Source: Iphione sp. A-MEVVRFRX5
Lineage: Eukaryota
Assembly: GCA_976226885.1 (NCBI GenBank)
Contig: OZ320322.1
Span: 29,016,001 to 29,080,000, forward strand
DNA length: 64,000 nucleotides
Reading direction: 5' to 3'
The notes beneath the pieces are model-generated. The model was not told where the DNA came from, did no database searches, and worked only from the letters and a program-made list of their open reading frames with translations. The translations under genes were made by a program, and so were the position numbers. Shown here piece by piece: positions 63,041-64,000 of the stretch. Numbering within the stretch: the first letter of the stretch is position 1; each line of letters begins with the position of its first letter.

Positions 63041-63985
63041 TCACTCGCGGGGCGCCCAAGTGCCCCACGTATGCGTGTCGAGGACGGGGTGCGTCTCCTC
63101 CCGGATCCTCGCCTGCAACGTGTTGTCTTGCCGTCGTCTGGTGTCCCGAGCAAGGACCAGCTGACCCTCTATGTTCGTGGGCGACATCCCTTGAAACGCA
63201 GCTTGGACTTGAAGAGTGGAGATCTGGTCGACAGTAATGTTGTGCCTCTGGAACTCAGAATTGTCGTGCCAGAATTCAGGGTTGGAGGGTTTTCTTGCAC
63301 CGGGCAGTATCAGGTAGGGCCGGTCCCGCAACGGACCGAACGGATCGCCAGGTGCCAGCACTCCATCCTTTATGGCCTCCATCGTTGCTGCCGACAGAGA
63401 CACCAGATACTTTTGCTCAGGTGTGAGCACGTCCCAGTTGACTGGCGGCCATGTGATGTCGACCCTCAGAGGTACCGGATTCTGAGGAGCCGTCCTGGCC
63501 GTTCCACTAAATGGGTACACCGTCCCATCAGCTACTTCAGTCAGCCACCGGTTGAAAGCCGAACCGGATTCGTTGTCTGGTCGAGGTCGCTCTGGTGGTG
63601 GAATCGCCTTCTGTCCCGTCTTTTCTTTCTTCTTGCCCTTGCTTGCTATCATCTTGCCGCCTACGGATTTCCTCGCAGTGTTCCTCGGTGGTTGCGGCTG
63701 CTGAGGAGGCTGGAACTGCACGTCCTCCTCAATCTGTTTGTCCCGTCTGCGTAGCATCCGTTTCTCGCTGGCTTGATCTTGCTGCTCCAGTCTCTGCTCG
63801 TCAGAACTGGTAGTCTGCTCAATATGCTCATCCTCTGTCGCCGTTCCCGTCTCGTCTCGATCCTGCTTCTTCCCAGCCTCGATCCCCTCTTCCAAGATAC
63901 CAGAAGAGATCTCGACTAGAGTTTTAGGAGCGTCCGCAATCAGCTTCTCCACTTCCTCGTCCATGGATGGGGTAGTGCTTATCAT
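63041..63985 (-). CDS. LTR-element ORF of unknown function, at least 314 aa, with a histone H3-like TARKSVGGK motif
   Basis: Stop-free, on the same strand as the PPT and LTR. The frame stays open to the window edge, so it may be the tail of a longer ORF. It has an acidic N-part, a Gln/Pro-rich linker, a basic patch and a probable folded C-part. Confidence 0.7.
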   Translation of the reverse strand: MISTTPSMDEEVEKLIADAPKTLVEISSGILEEGIEAGKKQDRDETGTATEDEHIEQTTSSDEQRLEQQDQASEKRMLRRRDKQIEEDVQFQPPQQPQPPRNTARKSVGGKMIASKGKKKEKTGQKAIPPPERPRPDNESGSAFNRWLTEVADGTVYPFSGTARTAPQNPVPLRVDITWPPVNWDVLTPEQKYLVSLSAATMEAIKDGVLAPGDPFGPLRDRPYLILPGARKPSNPEFWHDNSEFQRHNITVDQISTLQVQAAFQGMSPTNIEGQLVLARDTRRRQDNTLQARIREETHPVLDTHTWGTWAPRE

Positions 63986-64000
63986 GCTGATATCACTAAT

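Larger units (their letters stand above)
61862..64000 (-). mobile_element. 3' part of an LTR retrotransposon (superfamily undetermined; continues beyond the window)
   Basis: A polypurine tract AAAGAAGGGGAGAA (62298-62311 on -) directly abuts a TG...CA LTR. A long same-strand ORF lies upstream. Confidence 0.8.

Overview
Eukaryotic, intron-rich genomic DNA, most consistent with a marine invertebrate animal; the species cannot be fixed from sequence alone. Three host genes were reconstructed by hand from splice sites and phase. (i) A 12-exon SLC17/sialin-like MFS anion transporter on + (28231-37707, ~568 aa, one GC-AG intron). (ii, iii) Two tandem long-chain acyl-CoA dehydrogenase (ACADL) paralogs on -: copy A is complete at 38338-43717 (444 aa), and copy B at 50092-61626 has its first exon outside the window. 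The rest is mostly mobile DNA: five CR1/L2-type LINE remnants, about eleven MITEs (PIF/Harbinger-like with TAA/TTA TSDs, Tc1/pogo-like with TA TSDs, one CAGGG element), and a 167-N assembly gap. Two young retroelements sit in introns of ACADL copy B and are the most interesting objects. The first is a near-intact Penelope-like element (54555-59654, -) with 411-bp direct pseudo-LTRs, each carrying a minimal hammerhead ribozyme. It has an RT + GIY-YIG reading frame broken only by two compensating homopolymer slips, and an unexpected second intact ORF (374 aa: two C2H2 zinc fingers, SUMO-interaction-like motifs, a KEN box). The second is the 3' end of an LTR retrotransposon (61862-64000, -) whose ORF carries a histone H3 K9-tail mimic (TARKSVGGK). 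Functional readings of both accessory proteins as chromatin or anti-silencing factors are inference and need testing.
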